DNA from: an uncultured Eubacteriales bacterium
Lineage (GTDB): Bacteria; Acidobacteriota; Aminicenantia; Aminicenantales; Aminicenantaceae
DNA length: 64,000 nt
Direction: 5' to 3'
NCBI GenBank assembly: GCA_964584935.1
Contig: CAZPBN010000004.1
Coordinates: 6,507 to 70,506, forward strand
The position numbers and the translations under genes were made by a program. Under the pieces are notes generated by a model that worked only from the letters and a program-made list of their open reading frames with translations, ran no database searches and was not told the origin of the DNA. Below are positions 9,905 through 18,385 of the stretch, piece by piece. Position 1 is the first letter of the stretch, and each line of letters opens with the position of its first letter.

Positions 9905-11128
9905 CTACTTGGTCAAAGAAGCTGTTTTAAGAATATAACCGCGCTTTCTTTCAAAACTATACAGATTATCAAGCAATTTTTCCCGCACCGTAAGCAGTGA
10001 ACCAAATCCGTATTTTCCCCTGACCTGATCCATGGCAAGCCCCAGCCTCTCCTCACGTTTTGAGTAAGGTTCAAAGAGGGAAAGAGGCCGGGCCTTTACC
10101 AAATCAGATACTTTGACTCCAACCAATCTTAGGGACAAACGGGAAGAAGAAAAAAGCTGGAGAAAAAGTTCACGGGCAATCCTGTAAATACTCCCCATTT
10201 CCTGAACAGGATTTATGAGGAGGCGTCTCCGGGCTTCTGTTTTAAAGTCAGAATATCTCACCCTGACCTCAACAATGTGGGCAAAAAGATGCCCCTGCCG
10301 CAGGGGAAAGGTGACTCTGTCACACAAATAAGCCAGATGAGCCAGAAGCAAACGCCTGTCCCAGAGGTCATTTAGAAAAGTGGTCTCGCGTGACACAGAT
10401 TTCGGAGTAGCCGCTCTGGTCACAGGCCGGGAGTCGATCCCTCTGGACTGAAGATAAAGCTCGTCACCATTCAATCCAAAAAGAGATCGCAAGGTGTTTT
10501 TTGGCAGGCCCCACAAGTCTCCAATCCTCCGGATATTGAGCATCTTGAGAATAACCTGCGTTTTGGGACCTATTCCGGGCAGGGATTCAATATCCAAATT
10601 TCTTAAAAAATCTTCCTCATTTCCCGCTTTAATCTCGAATAATCCGGCTGGTTTCGCATGATTGGTGGCTAACTTTGCCAGAATTTTATTGGGAGCAACT
10701 CCGACTGAAATAGTGAGCCCCAATTCATCCTCCACTTTTTGTTTGATATCCCGAACCGCCCGGGAAAAAGAAGAATACAGGGGGCGACACCGGCTCAGAT
10801 CAAGATAAGCTTCATCCAGGGAAGCCTCTTCTATATCCGGTGTGTAATTGGATAGAATGCGGAAAAACTCACTGGAAAAATTCTTATAAATCTGATAGTT
10901 TCCTCTCAGAAAAACACCATGGGGACATAGTTGGAACGCTTTTTGTAAAGAGATGCCGGAATGGACACCATATCTCCGCGCCTCATAAGATGCGGTCGAA
11001 ACAACTCCTCTTTCCTGGGGGAAGCCACCGACAATGACAGCCTTTCCTTTAAGAGAAGGATCCAGCAGTTCCTCAACAGCCGCAAAAAAAGCATCGATAT
11101 CGATATGGACAATACATCTTCTTTTCAT
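9905..11128 (-). CDS. dinB: Y-family DNA polymerase (DinB / Pol IV-like; ImuB position in a mutagenesis cassette)
   Basis: The HIDIDAFFAAVE and SLDEAYLDLS motifs carry the catalytic Asp/Asp/Glu of DinB. An HhH-type PGIGPKT motif is present. It lies between lexA and dnaE2 on the same strand. Confidence 0.85.
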   Translation of the reverse strand: MKRRCIVHIDIDAFFAAVEELLDPSLKGKAVIVGGFPQERGVVSTASYEARRYGVHSGISLQKAFQLCPHGVFLRGNYQIYKNFSSEFFRILSNYTPDIEEASLDEAYLDLSRCRPLYSSFSRAVRDIKQKVEDELGLTISVGVAPNKILAKLATNHAKPAGLFEIKAGNEEDFLRNLDIESLPGIGPKTQVILKMLNIRRIGDLWGLPKNTLRSLFGLNGDELYLQSRGIDSRPVTRAATPKSVSRETTFLNDLWDRRLLLAHLAYLCDRVTFPLRQGHLFAHIVEVRVRYSDFKTEARRRLLINPVQEMGSIYRIARELFLQLFSSSRLSLRLVGVKVSDLVKARPLSLFEPYSKREERLGLAMDQVRGKYGFGSLLTVREKLLDNLYSFERKRGYILKTASLTK

Positions 11129-11180
11129 TTTTAACCTTATTATTTATAATTCCCTACCCAATCCGTTTGAAGGACTCTTT

Positions 11181-11798
11181 TCAGTACTTCCGCAGAACTC
11201 CTACCACTCTGCCCAGAATTCTCAATTCTTTCACCTGTATGGGTTTGAAATCAGGATTTTCGGGAATAAGGAAGATATTTCCGTTTTCTATTTTTAATCT
11301 TTTTAAAGTCACCGAACCATCATCCAGAAGAGCGACAATCACTTCCCCTGAATTGGCTTTATCTGTCCTTTCCACCAGCACCCGGTCTCCATCATCAATA
11401 TAAGCGTCTATCATGCTCTTTCCATCAATCTGGATGCAAAAAACATTTCCCTGCTTTTTCCCTATCATCCAGTCAGGAACATCCACCACCTCATCTGAAA
11501 AATCAAAAACCTCCTTTGGCAGGCCAGCGGGAACAAACCCTACCAAAGGCACCTTGGTCACTGTTTTCAAAGAATCCGAAAGGCCTTTAAGTTTTATTTT
11601 TCCTTCCTGCTTTCTTAAATAACCTTTCTTTTCCAAACTCGTAATATGCTTGAAAACTGCGGATGGATTGGAAATACCAAGCCCATACCCAAGCTGCCTG
11701 ATGGTAGGGGAATATCCGTGTTCAAGGATGAATCTTTTTATCGCTTCAAGGATTTTTTTTTGTCTGGCGGTAAGTTCTTCACTCCTTCTGTTCACCAT
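11181..11798 (-). CDS. lexA: LexA repressor (S24 peptidase)
   Basis: N-terminal wHTH (LTARQKKILEAIKRFILEHGYSP), an Ala-Gly cleavage site (VPAGLP), and the catalytic Ser (DGKSM) and Lys (TLKRL). The track ORF extends to 11831 using an upstream GTG, but an ATG at 11798 has an AAGGTG RBS and sits just downstream of a TTGACA-N17-TATTTA promoter. Confidence 0.9.
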   Translation of the reverse strand: MVNRRSEELTARQKKILEAIKRFILEHGYSPTIRQLGYGLGISNPSAVFKHITSLEKKGYLRKQEGKIKLKGLSDSLKTVTKVPLVGFVPAGLPKEVFDFSDEVVDVPDWMIGKKQGNVFCIQIDGKSMIDAYIDDGDRVLVERTDKANSGEVIVALLDDGSVTLKRLKIENGNIFLIPENPDFKPIQVKELRILGRVVGVLRKY

Positions 11799-11815
11799 TT
11801 TGTTCACCTTATATA

Positions 11816-11844
11816 TAAATAAGCATTTCACCCGGTTTTGTCAA
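11816..11844 (-). promoter_or_regulatory. putative sigma70-type promoter of the lexA operon (TTGACA-N17-TATTTA)
   Basis: On the minus strand, TTGACA (11844..11839), a 17-nt spacer, then TATTTA (11821..11816). It sits about 18 nt upstream of the lexA ATG at 11798 and overlaps the alternative GTG start used by the ORF track. Confidence 0.35.
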
Positions 11845-12140
11845 GTAAAAAATAAAAAGATGCTATTTAAAAATTAAAAACAGTTTTCCTTAACAATTGT
11901 TTTTTTATTGACTGAATATTCTAATTCCATGTATTATTAGTATGGATTATTCATAAAAACATCAAAATGACAGAATCAAAAGACAGAGATTATCTCTTTC
12001 TTTTACAATCGCTCGCAATGACACAGCAGTCTTGATCCCGGAATAATCCGGCTTATATATCCGTGTCCAGAGAAGAAAAATTGGATTTAGATTAAAATAA
12101 GATCAAAATTTGATTCATATGTTTATATGAGGAGGAAATT

Positions 12141-14282
12141 ATGAAAAAAAGACTGCTTATCTTAGCCTTTATTCCTCTGGTTCTTTTTTTTAATACCTGT
12201 AAACAAGAACCAGAATTTCCGCAGCCTGAATTGATCTATTCTGAAACAAAAAAAGTTGATGTGGTGGATGATTATTTTGGCACTGAAGTTCCTGATCCTT
12301 ACCGCTGGTTTGAAGACATCAATTCTAAAGATGTCAAATCCTGGGTAAAAGCCCAAAATGAGGTCACTTTTTCCTACCTGGAACAGATTCCCTTTCGAGA
12401 AAAAATCAGGCAGCGCATCACCGAACTCTACGATTATCCTAAGTATTCTTCTCCATTCCGGGCAGGCGATTATTATTTTTTCTATAAAAACGAAGGCCTG
12501 CAGAATCAGTCTGTTATCCATGTCCAGAAAGGCCTGGATGGAGAGCCTGAAGTATTTATTGACCCCAATAAACTTTCTCCTGACGGAACCATTAGAATCT
12601 ACCTTATTGGCTTCTCCAAAGATAACCGCTATGCCGCCTATTCCCGTTCCGAAGCAGGCTCAGACTGGCAGGAAATCAGAATTATGGAAATCGAGACCAA
12701 AAAAGAGCTAAAGGATCGAATCCGTTGGGTCAAATTCAGTGGAGCTGCATGGTACCAGGATGGTTTCTTTTACAGCGGATATGATGAACCAAAACCAGGA
12801 CAGGAACTTAAAGAACAGAACAAGCACCAAAAGATTTTTTATCATGAACTCGGGGATCCCCAAAAAAAAGATAAGCTAATTTATGAAGATAGGGAACATC
12901 CCTTACGCTATGTCTCTGCAGATGTGACAGAAGATTCAAAGTATCTGGTTTTAGTGGTCTCCGAAGGGACAAGCGGGAATGAACTTCACTATAAAGAACT
13001 GGGGGAAGAAAAAGCGGAATTCAAACCTCTCATCACTGGTTTTGACAATGACAGCTATATCATCGATAATCTCGAGGAGAAGTTTTTAGTCTACACCAAT
13101 ATCGATGCTCCCAACTACCGGGTGGTCAAAATCGATCCGAATGCTCTCGAAAGGGATAAATGGGTTGATGTCATTCCCGAAAAAGCTGAGGTTCTTAACA
13201 GCACCAACACAGCTGGCGGTTATCTTTTCTGCCGCTATCTCAAGGATGCCCACACTCAAGTTTTCCAGCATGATTTAGAAGGAAATCTGGTTCGGGAAAT
13301 CGAACTCCCTGCTTTGGGAACAGCCTCTGGTTTCGGCGGGAAAAAAGAACACAAGACTCTTTTCTACGTGTTTACTTCTTTCACTTATCCTCCCACCATT
13401 TACAAGTACCAGGTTGAAGACGGCACTTCTGAAATTTTTCGCAAAACCAAAGTCCCCTTCAATCCAGAAGACTATGTGACCCATCAAGTTTTTTACACCA
13501 GCAAGGACGGCACTGAGGTTCCCATGTTTCTGGTTCACAAAAAAGGAATCAATAAAAACATTAAAAATCCTGTTTTCCTCTATGGTTACGGGGGATTTAA
13601 CGTCAGTCTCACCCCTTCTTTCAGCTCCACCCGGATTTTTCTTTTAGAAAACGGATTCATCTTTGCCCAAGCCAATCTTAGGGGAGGCGGAGAATACGGA
13701 GAAAAATGGCATGAGGCTGGAATGCTTCTCAACAAGCAGAATGTTTTTGACGATTTTATTTCAGCTGCTGAATTTTTAATCGATGAACAATACACTTCCA
13801 AAGACAAATTAGCTATAGCGGGTGCTTCCAACGGCGGTCTATTGGTGGGAGCAGCCATGACTCAACGCCCTGACCTTTTCGCTGTAGCCCTCCCTGCAGT
13901 GGGAGTGATGGATATGCTGCGGTATCACAAATTCACCGTAGGATGGGGATGGGTTGTGGAGTACGGTTCCAGTGAAGAAGAAAAGCACTTTGAAAATCTT
14001 TACTCTTACTCTCCCTACCATAACCTTAAAGAGGGCGTTTGTTATCCAGCCACATTAGTGACCACAGCAGACCATGACGATCGAGTGGTGCCGGCTCATT
14101 CCTTTAAATTTATTGCAGCCCTACAAGAAAAACACGCTTGTGAAAATCCTGTGCTCATCCGGATTGAAACCCGCTCAGGTCACGGCTCCAGCTCCACCAC
14201 CAAGATGATCGACGAACTGACTGACGAATACGCATTCATGTGCTACAACCTTGGAGTGAGTGTGAACAAAGAGCCCAATTGA
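12141..14282 (+). CDS. prolyl oligopeptidase (S9A family), probable lipoprotein
   Basis: N-terminal beta-propeller region and a C-terminal alpha/beta hydrolase with the catalytic Ser motif GASNGGLLVG plus downstream Asp and His. Signal peptide with a Cys (LFFNTC). RBS GAGGAGG. Confidence 0.9.
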   Translation: MKKRLLILAFIPLVLFFNTCKQEPEFPQPELIYSETKKVDVVDDYFGTEVPDPYRWFEDINSKDVKSWVKAQNEVTFSYLEQIPFREKIRQRITELYDYPKYSSPFRAGDYYFFYKNEGLQNQSVIHVQKGLDGEPEVFIDPNKLSPDGTIRIYLIGFSKDNRYAAYSRSEAGSDWQEIRIMEIETKKELKDRIRWVKFSGAAWYQDGFFYSGYDEPKPGQELKEQNKHQKIFYHELGDPQKKDKLIYEDREHPLRYVSADVTEDSKYLVLVVSEGTSGNELHYKELGEEKAEFKPLITGFDNDSYIIDNLEEKFLVYTNIDAPNYRVVKIDPNALERDKWVDVIPEKAEVLNSTNTAGGYLFCRYLKDAHTQVFQHDLEGNLVREIELPALGTASGFGGKKEHKTLFYVFTSFTYPPTIYKYQVEDGTSEIFRKTKVPFNPEDYVTHQVFYTSKDGTEVPMFLVHKKGINKNIKNPVFLYGYGGFNVSLTPSFSSTRIFLLENGFIFAQANLRGGGEYGEKWHEAGMLLNKQNVFDDFISAAEFLIDEQYTSKDKLAIAGASNGGLLVGAAMTQRPDLFAVALPAVGVMDMLRYHKFTVGWGWVVEYGSSEEEKHFENLYSYSPYHNLKEGVCYPATLVTTADHDDRVVPAHSFKFIAALQEKHACENPVLIRIETRSGHGSSSTTKMIDELTDEYAFMCYNLGVSVNKEPN

Positions 14283-14591
14283 ATGTTTGCTTTCCTGAAG
14301 AATACCAAAAACTAAAAGAAGAGATCTTTAAAATTAGGTGAATAGGTAAAGTGTCCCCAATTTTTTCCTTTATTAAAGAAACAGCTTCCTCTTCAATTTT
14401 CAGATTTGCTTTGAAAAATTCACAAGAATTCCCCTTTTTTCGTTTCCATTTCTGCTTGCACTTTCCTGGCTGATTTTTCATTGTTCATATAATGAATCGC
14501 TATCCCTGATACAACGCCGGCAAGTTTCAAAGCAATCTTTCTCTCCTATTCCCTTACTGCTCCCGGTTATAAGCGCAACTTTATCTTCCAT
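14283..14591 (-). pseudogene. remnant of a short-chain dehydrogenase/reductase (FabG-like) gene: N-terminal ~100 codons, frameshifted and truncated
   Basis: The minus-strand ATG at 14591 reads MEDKVALITGSSKGIGEK, then after a +1 shift IALKLAGVVSGIAIHYMNNEKSARKV...; a third frame continues with KANLKIEEEAVSLIKEK. This is the TGxxxGIG Rossmann N-terminus of an SDR. The remainder would overlap the prolyl oligopeptidase gene. Confidence 0.45.
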
Positions 14592-14842
14592 GCTTTCACC
14601 ATATTTTACACCATTGAATTAAAACCTTGAAGAAAATAAATATTTTATTTAAACTTATTAGATGTGATGTTATCATTTCAAATAAAAATGAACATCTTAG
14701 GTGAATTTCCTATCTCCAAATCCATCAATCCAATAATTCCAGATAAGATATCTTTTCAGAAGGCAGATTCTAAAAACATTGATAACCAATCATGGCAACA
14801 ATTGATATAGGAATCATTAATTCCCTAAATACGGAGGTTTTG

Positions 14843-15586
14843 ATGAAAAAAACATCAATACTGATATCAATCATTTTTTTTACTGCAAGCTGTTATACTT
14901 TCGAAACCCAACCAAAATTGGATGTTTTTCACAAAGAAATCCCAATAGCAGGGAATACAAACATTTACTTTCAAAACATCCATGGATCTCTTGAAATTTT
15001 TGGCTGGGGAAAAAATAAAATGATTGTTAACGCAGCAAAATACGGAACCAATTCCCAAAGACGGCAAATTGATATTGACTTCGATAAAAAGGATAACAAT
15101 ATCACTATGAATACCCTTTATCCCCGGTTTAATGATAAATCGAACTTTGTCAATTTTGAACTCCGGGTTCCTGAAAAAATCACATTCAAACAGATTAAAA
15201 TAAATAAGGGCAATTTCATTTCCAATCAAGTCTATGGAGAATTGAATGTTGACATTGAAACCGGTCATATTGAACTTGAAGATTTCTCCGGCAGATGTCG
15301 TTTATCGACCCAAAAAGGATATATTCTTGCCCGGATTTATGAAATAAAAAAAGAAGATGATTTTTCTTTCAAAACTCAAAAGGGCGATATCTATATATAT
15401 CTTCCCACAAAAATAAATGCCACTATCGAAGCAGAAACGGCTGAAGGTAAGGTCAAATCCGAAATCATAGATAAAAACAAAGAGAAAACTCCTGTTCAAA
15501 AATGGAATCAAATTCTTGGTAAAGGGGAAGCCCGGTTAAAAATTCAATCCTTAGAAGGAAATATCAATATTAGAAAAATCTTCTAA
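14843..15586 (+). CDS. DUF4097-like beta-strand-repeat lipoprotein (putative adhesin family)
   Basis: GGAGG RBS 4 nt before the ATG at 14843. The lipoprotein signal is MKKTSILISIIFFTASC. Repetitive beta-strand segments (GDIYIYLPTKINATIEAETAEGKV). The track start at 14792 is probably too long. Confidence 0.65.
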   Translation: MKKTSILISIIFFTASCYTFETQPKLDVFHKEIPIAGNTNIYFQNIHGSLEIFGWGKNKMIVNAAKYGTNSQRRQIDIDFDKKDNNITMNTLYPRFNDKSNFVNFELRVPEKITFKQIKINKGNFISNQVYGELNVDIETGHIELEDFSGRCRLSTQKGYILARIYEIKKEDDFSFKTQKGDIYIYLPTKINATIEAETAEGKVKSEIIDKNKEKTPVQKWNQILGKGEARLKIQSLEGNINIRKIF

Positions 15587-15610
15587 TTTCAAATCCTTAA
15601 AAAAGAATCC

Positions 15611-17140
15611 TCATTTTAAAGGACCGACCGCTTTCTCCACTTCATCTAATATTTCGCCAGATTGCACCACTTTTTTAAGCGTATTGATATCATTATAAAG
15701 AGGGCGATCTTCATCAAGAAATTCAATATGTTTTCTTATCACATTATAAGCTGCCTGGACTCCTTTTCCTGGTTTTAATGGTTTGCGCAAATCAATAGCC
15801 TGAGCCCCAGCCATCATTTCAATAGCCAGAATAGCTTGGGCATTGTCAATGATCTCCCGTGTTTTGAGGGCGGTGGTCATTCCCATACTAACAAAGTCTT
15901 CCTGATCGGCAGCCGCAGGAATTGAACCTGTCGCAGCAGGATGAGAAAGCACTCTATTCTCACACACCAGGGCTCCTGACGTGTATTGAGAAAGCATGAG
16001 CCCAGAGAACATCCCTGCTCCTCTGGTTAAAAACGCAGGCAATCCCACATTTAAATTCGGATTCATCAATCTGTTCAATCTTCTTTCAGATAAAACAGAG
16101 ACAGTAGTAACAGACGTCCCTAAAAGTTCAAGGGGAAATGCCAAAGGGGTTCCCTGAAAATTGGCTCCTGTGAGAACAAGATCTTCATCCGGAAAAAAAG
16201 TTGGATTATCCGCCACTCCACTGAGTTCTATTTCAATCATATATTTCGCCCATTTATAGGCGTCCCGGGCTGACCCAACGACCTGGGGTGTACTGCGCAA
16301 ACTGTAAGCATCCTGAACCTTTTTTCCACTCTGAGCAAGAAGTTCACTTCCTTCAGTGATGCGTCTTATCACTTCTCCGGACTCTATCGCCCCGGGATAA
16401 CCACGTGCTTTATGTAGTCTCTCATCAAATGCCTTCATATTTGCATTCAGAACTTCAAGAGTCATCGCCGCGGCAATTTCCGAATTTTTTACCCATTGAT
16501 AGGTGTCATATACTTCCAAGGCTCCCATCCCGGCAATGACATTGGATCCGTTTATCATAGCTAAACCATCACGTGCTTCAAAAACAATGGGTTCGATTCC
16601 AGCTTCTTTTAAGGCTTGTTGGGCAGGCATTCTTTTGCCTTTATAAAAAGCTTCTCCTTCTCCTATGAGAACAAGAGCCATTTGCGCCATGGGAGAAAGG
16701 TCTCCACAGGCTCCCACTGAACCTTTCTCACACATAACCGGAGTCACTCCTTTGTTTAAAAATTCTTTTAATGTTTCGACAACGATGGGCCTTAATCCAG
16801 AATGACCGTGGCAGTGACAATTAATCCTCCCAAAAATGGCAGCTCGAACAATATCCTCGGAAAAAGGTTCTCCATATCCAGCGGCATGGCTGTAGATCAA
16901 ATATCTCTGGTATTTCTGAGCCTGTTCCTCTGATAAAGCCACTTCGGCAAGCTCTCCGATTCCCGTATTAACGCCATACATCACCTCTTTTTTTTTGATC
17001 TTGTCCTCCAGAAGTTTCCGGCATTTTTTTATTTTTTCCAGAGCTTCAGGGGATATGGATATCTTTTCCCTGTTTCTAGCAACAGCTTCCACATCCTCAA
17101 TGGTCACATCACTGCCCTCAACCATTATTGTCATATTCAT
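15611..17140 (-). CDS. histidine ammonia-lyase family (MIO-dependent aromatic amino acid ammonia-lyase) with Ala-Cys-Gly in place of the Ala-Ser-Gly MIO triad
   Basis: Full-length similarity to HAL/PAL. The MIO region reads GSVGACGDLSPMAQMAL, where the canonical form is GxVGASGDLxPL. The Cys codon is at 16708..16706. Confidence 0.85.
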   Translation of the reverse strand: MNMTIMVEGSDVTIEDVEAVARNREKISISPEALEKIKKCRKLLEDKIKKKEVMYGVNTGIGELAEVALSEEQAQKYQRYLIYSHAAGYGEPFSEDIVRAAIFGRINCHCHGHSGLRPIVVETLKEFLNKGVTPVMCEKGSVGACGDLSPMAQMALVLIGEGEAFYKGKRMPAQQALKEAGIEPIVFEARDGLAMINGSNVIAGMGALEVYDTYQWVKNSEIAAAMTLEVLNANMKAFDERLHKARGYPGAIESGEVIRRITEGSELLAQSGKKVQDAYSLRSTPQVVGSARDAYKWAKYMIEIELSGVADNPTFFPDEDLVLTGANFQGTPLAFPLELLGTSVTTVSVLSERRLNRLMNPNLNVGLPAFLTRGAGMFSGLMLSQYTSGALVCENRVLSHPAATGSIPAAADQEDFVSMGMTTALKTREIIDNAQAILAIEMMAGAQAIDLRKPLKPGKGVQAAYNVIRKHIEFLDEDRPLYNDINTLKKVVQSGEILDEVEKAVGPLK

Positions 17141-17248
17141 TTCTCCTTATTATGATTTGCAAATATTAATATTAAAAAGGAAGTGGTTAAAAGTAAAGAG
17201 ATAAAACAATTTGAAGTTCCCCCATTTTTTTCTTTGGGTTGAAAATTG

Positions 17249-18253
17249 TTACTCGAGATTCCCTTCTTCTTTTCGTTTGTTGAGAACCCCTATCATATCT
17301 TTAACCATAGAAGCAAGGTCATAATCAGAACACCAATCCCATTCATTGCGCGCTGCGGAATCATTGATGGTATTAGGCCAGGAATCAGCTATATTCTGGT
17401 ATTTTTGATCCACTTCGTATGACACCTTAAATTCCGGTATATGCTTTTTTATTTCAGATTCCAAATCTTTCACTGAAAAACTCATAGCAGAGATATTATA
17501 ATTCGATCTGTGTTTCAATCTTACTGTATCCGCTTCCATCAAATGGATGGTGGCTTTTATCGCATCGGGCATATACATCATAGGCAAGACAGTCTTTTCA
17601 TTCAAAAAACATACAAATTTCTCTCCCTTTACGGCTTTATAAAATATTTCCACAGCATAATCTGTGGTTCCTCCTCCCGGTAATGTCACATTGCTTATAA
17701 GCCCTGGATATCTTAAACCGCGCACATCCAATCCATACTTTTGAAAGTAATAATCTCCCATCAGTTCACCAATCACCTTTGTGATTCCATAGATGGTTGA
17801 AGGTTTTAAAATCGTATTTTGAGGCACATTTTCCTTGGGCGTCTCTGCCCCAAATACAGCGATGGAACTGGGCACAAATACACCCACCATTTTTCTTTCC
17901 CGGGCGACTTCCAGTACATTGTACAGCCCATTTGTGTTGACATCCCATGCCCTGAGTGGATATTTCTCACCCGAAGCAGAAAGAATAGCAGCCAAGTGAT
18001 AAATGGTATTGATTTGATATTGTTCCACAACCGATTCAACGCTACCTCGTGACGTCACATCAACAATCTCATAGGGCCCGGAGTCCAGTGATTTGTTATT
18101 CATAGATTTTTTGATATCAGAGGCGATAACATTTTCAGGCTCAAACTGTTCTCTTAATTTCAATATGAGTTCAGAACCAATCTGCCCTGCAGCTCCTGTT
18201 ACTAATATTTTTTTCGGTCTCTTTTTCATATGATTTCTCCAAATATCTTCCAA
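17249..18253 (-). CDS. tdh: L-threonine 3-dehydrogenase, SDR/epimerase-fold (mammalian-type TDH)
   Basis: KKILVTGAAGQIGSEL Rossmann motif. Long collinear matches to SDR-type TDH (RYPGLIS...PGGGTTDYAVEIF, LPMMYMPD, YNISAMSFS, ADSWP). Confidence 0.85.
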   Translation of the reverse strand: MEDIWRNHMKKRPKKILVTGAAGQIGSELILKLREQFEPENVIASDIKKSMNNKSLDSGPYEIVDVTSRGSVESVVEQYQINTIYHLAAILSASGEKYPLRAWDVNTNGLYNVLEVARERKMVGVFVPSSIAVFGAETPKENVPQNTILKPSTIYGITKVIGELMGDYYFQKYGLDVRGLRYPGLISNVTLPGGGTTDYAVEIFYKAVKGEKFVCFLNEKTVLPMMYMPDAIKATIHLMEADTVRLKHRSNYNISAMSFSVKDLESEIKKHIPEFKVSYEVDQKYQNIADSWPNTINDSAARNEWDWCSDYDLASMVKDMIGVLNKRKEEGNLE

Positions 18254-18385
18254 ACATTAAAAATTTATATGACCTGGGCAATGAAAAGAAAAGTATTACA
18301 CAAAAGTACCATACTCAAATATAAAAACGAGTGAGGCTTTATAGCTTTTTGAATCAAAATAATATTATAAATTGAACTCACCAAA

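Noticed and set aside
9905-11128. Annotating the Y-family gene as catalytically dead ImuB
   Set aside because: The DinB catalytic triad (D-x-D in HIDIDAFF; D-E in SLDEAY) is intact, so it is better called a DinB-like polymerase in the ImuB position.
15611-17140. Assigning the HAL-family gene specifically as hutH (histidine utilisation)
   Set aside because: No hutU/hutI/hutG are in the neighbourhood, and the specificity residues could not be assigned by eye. I kept it at family level.
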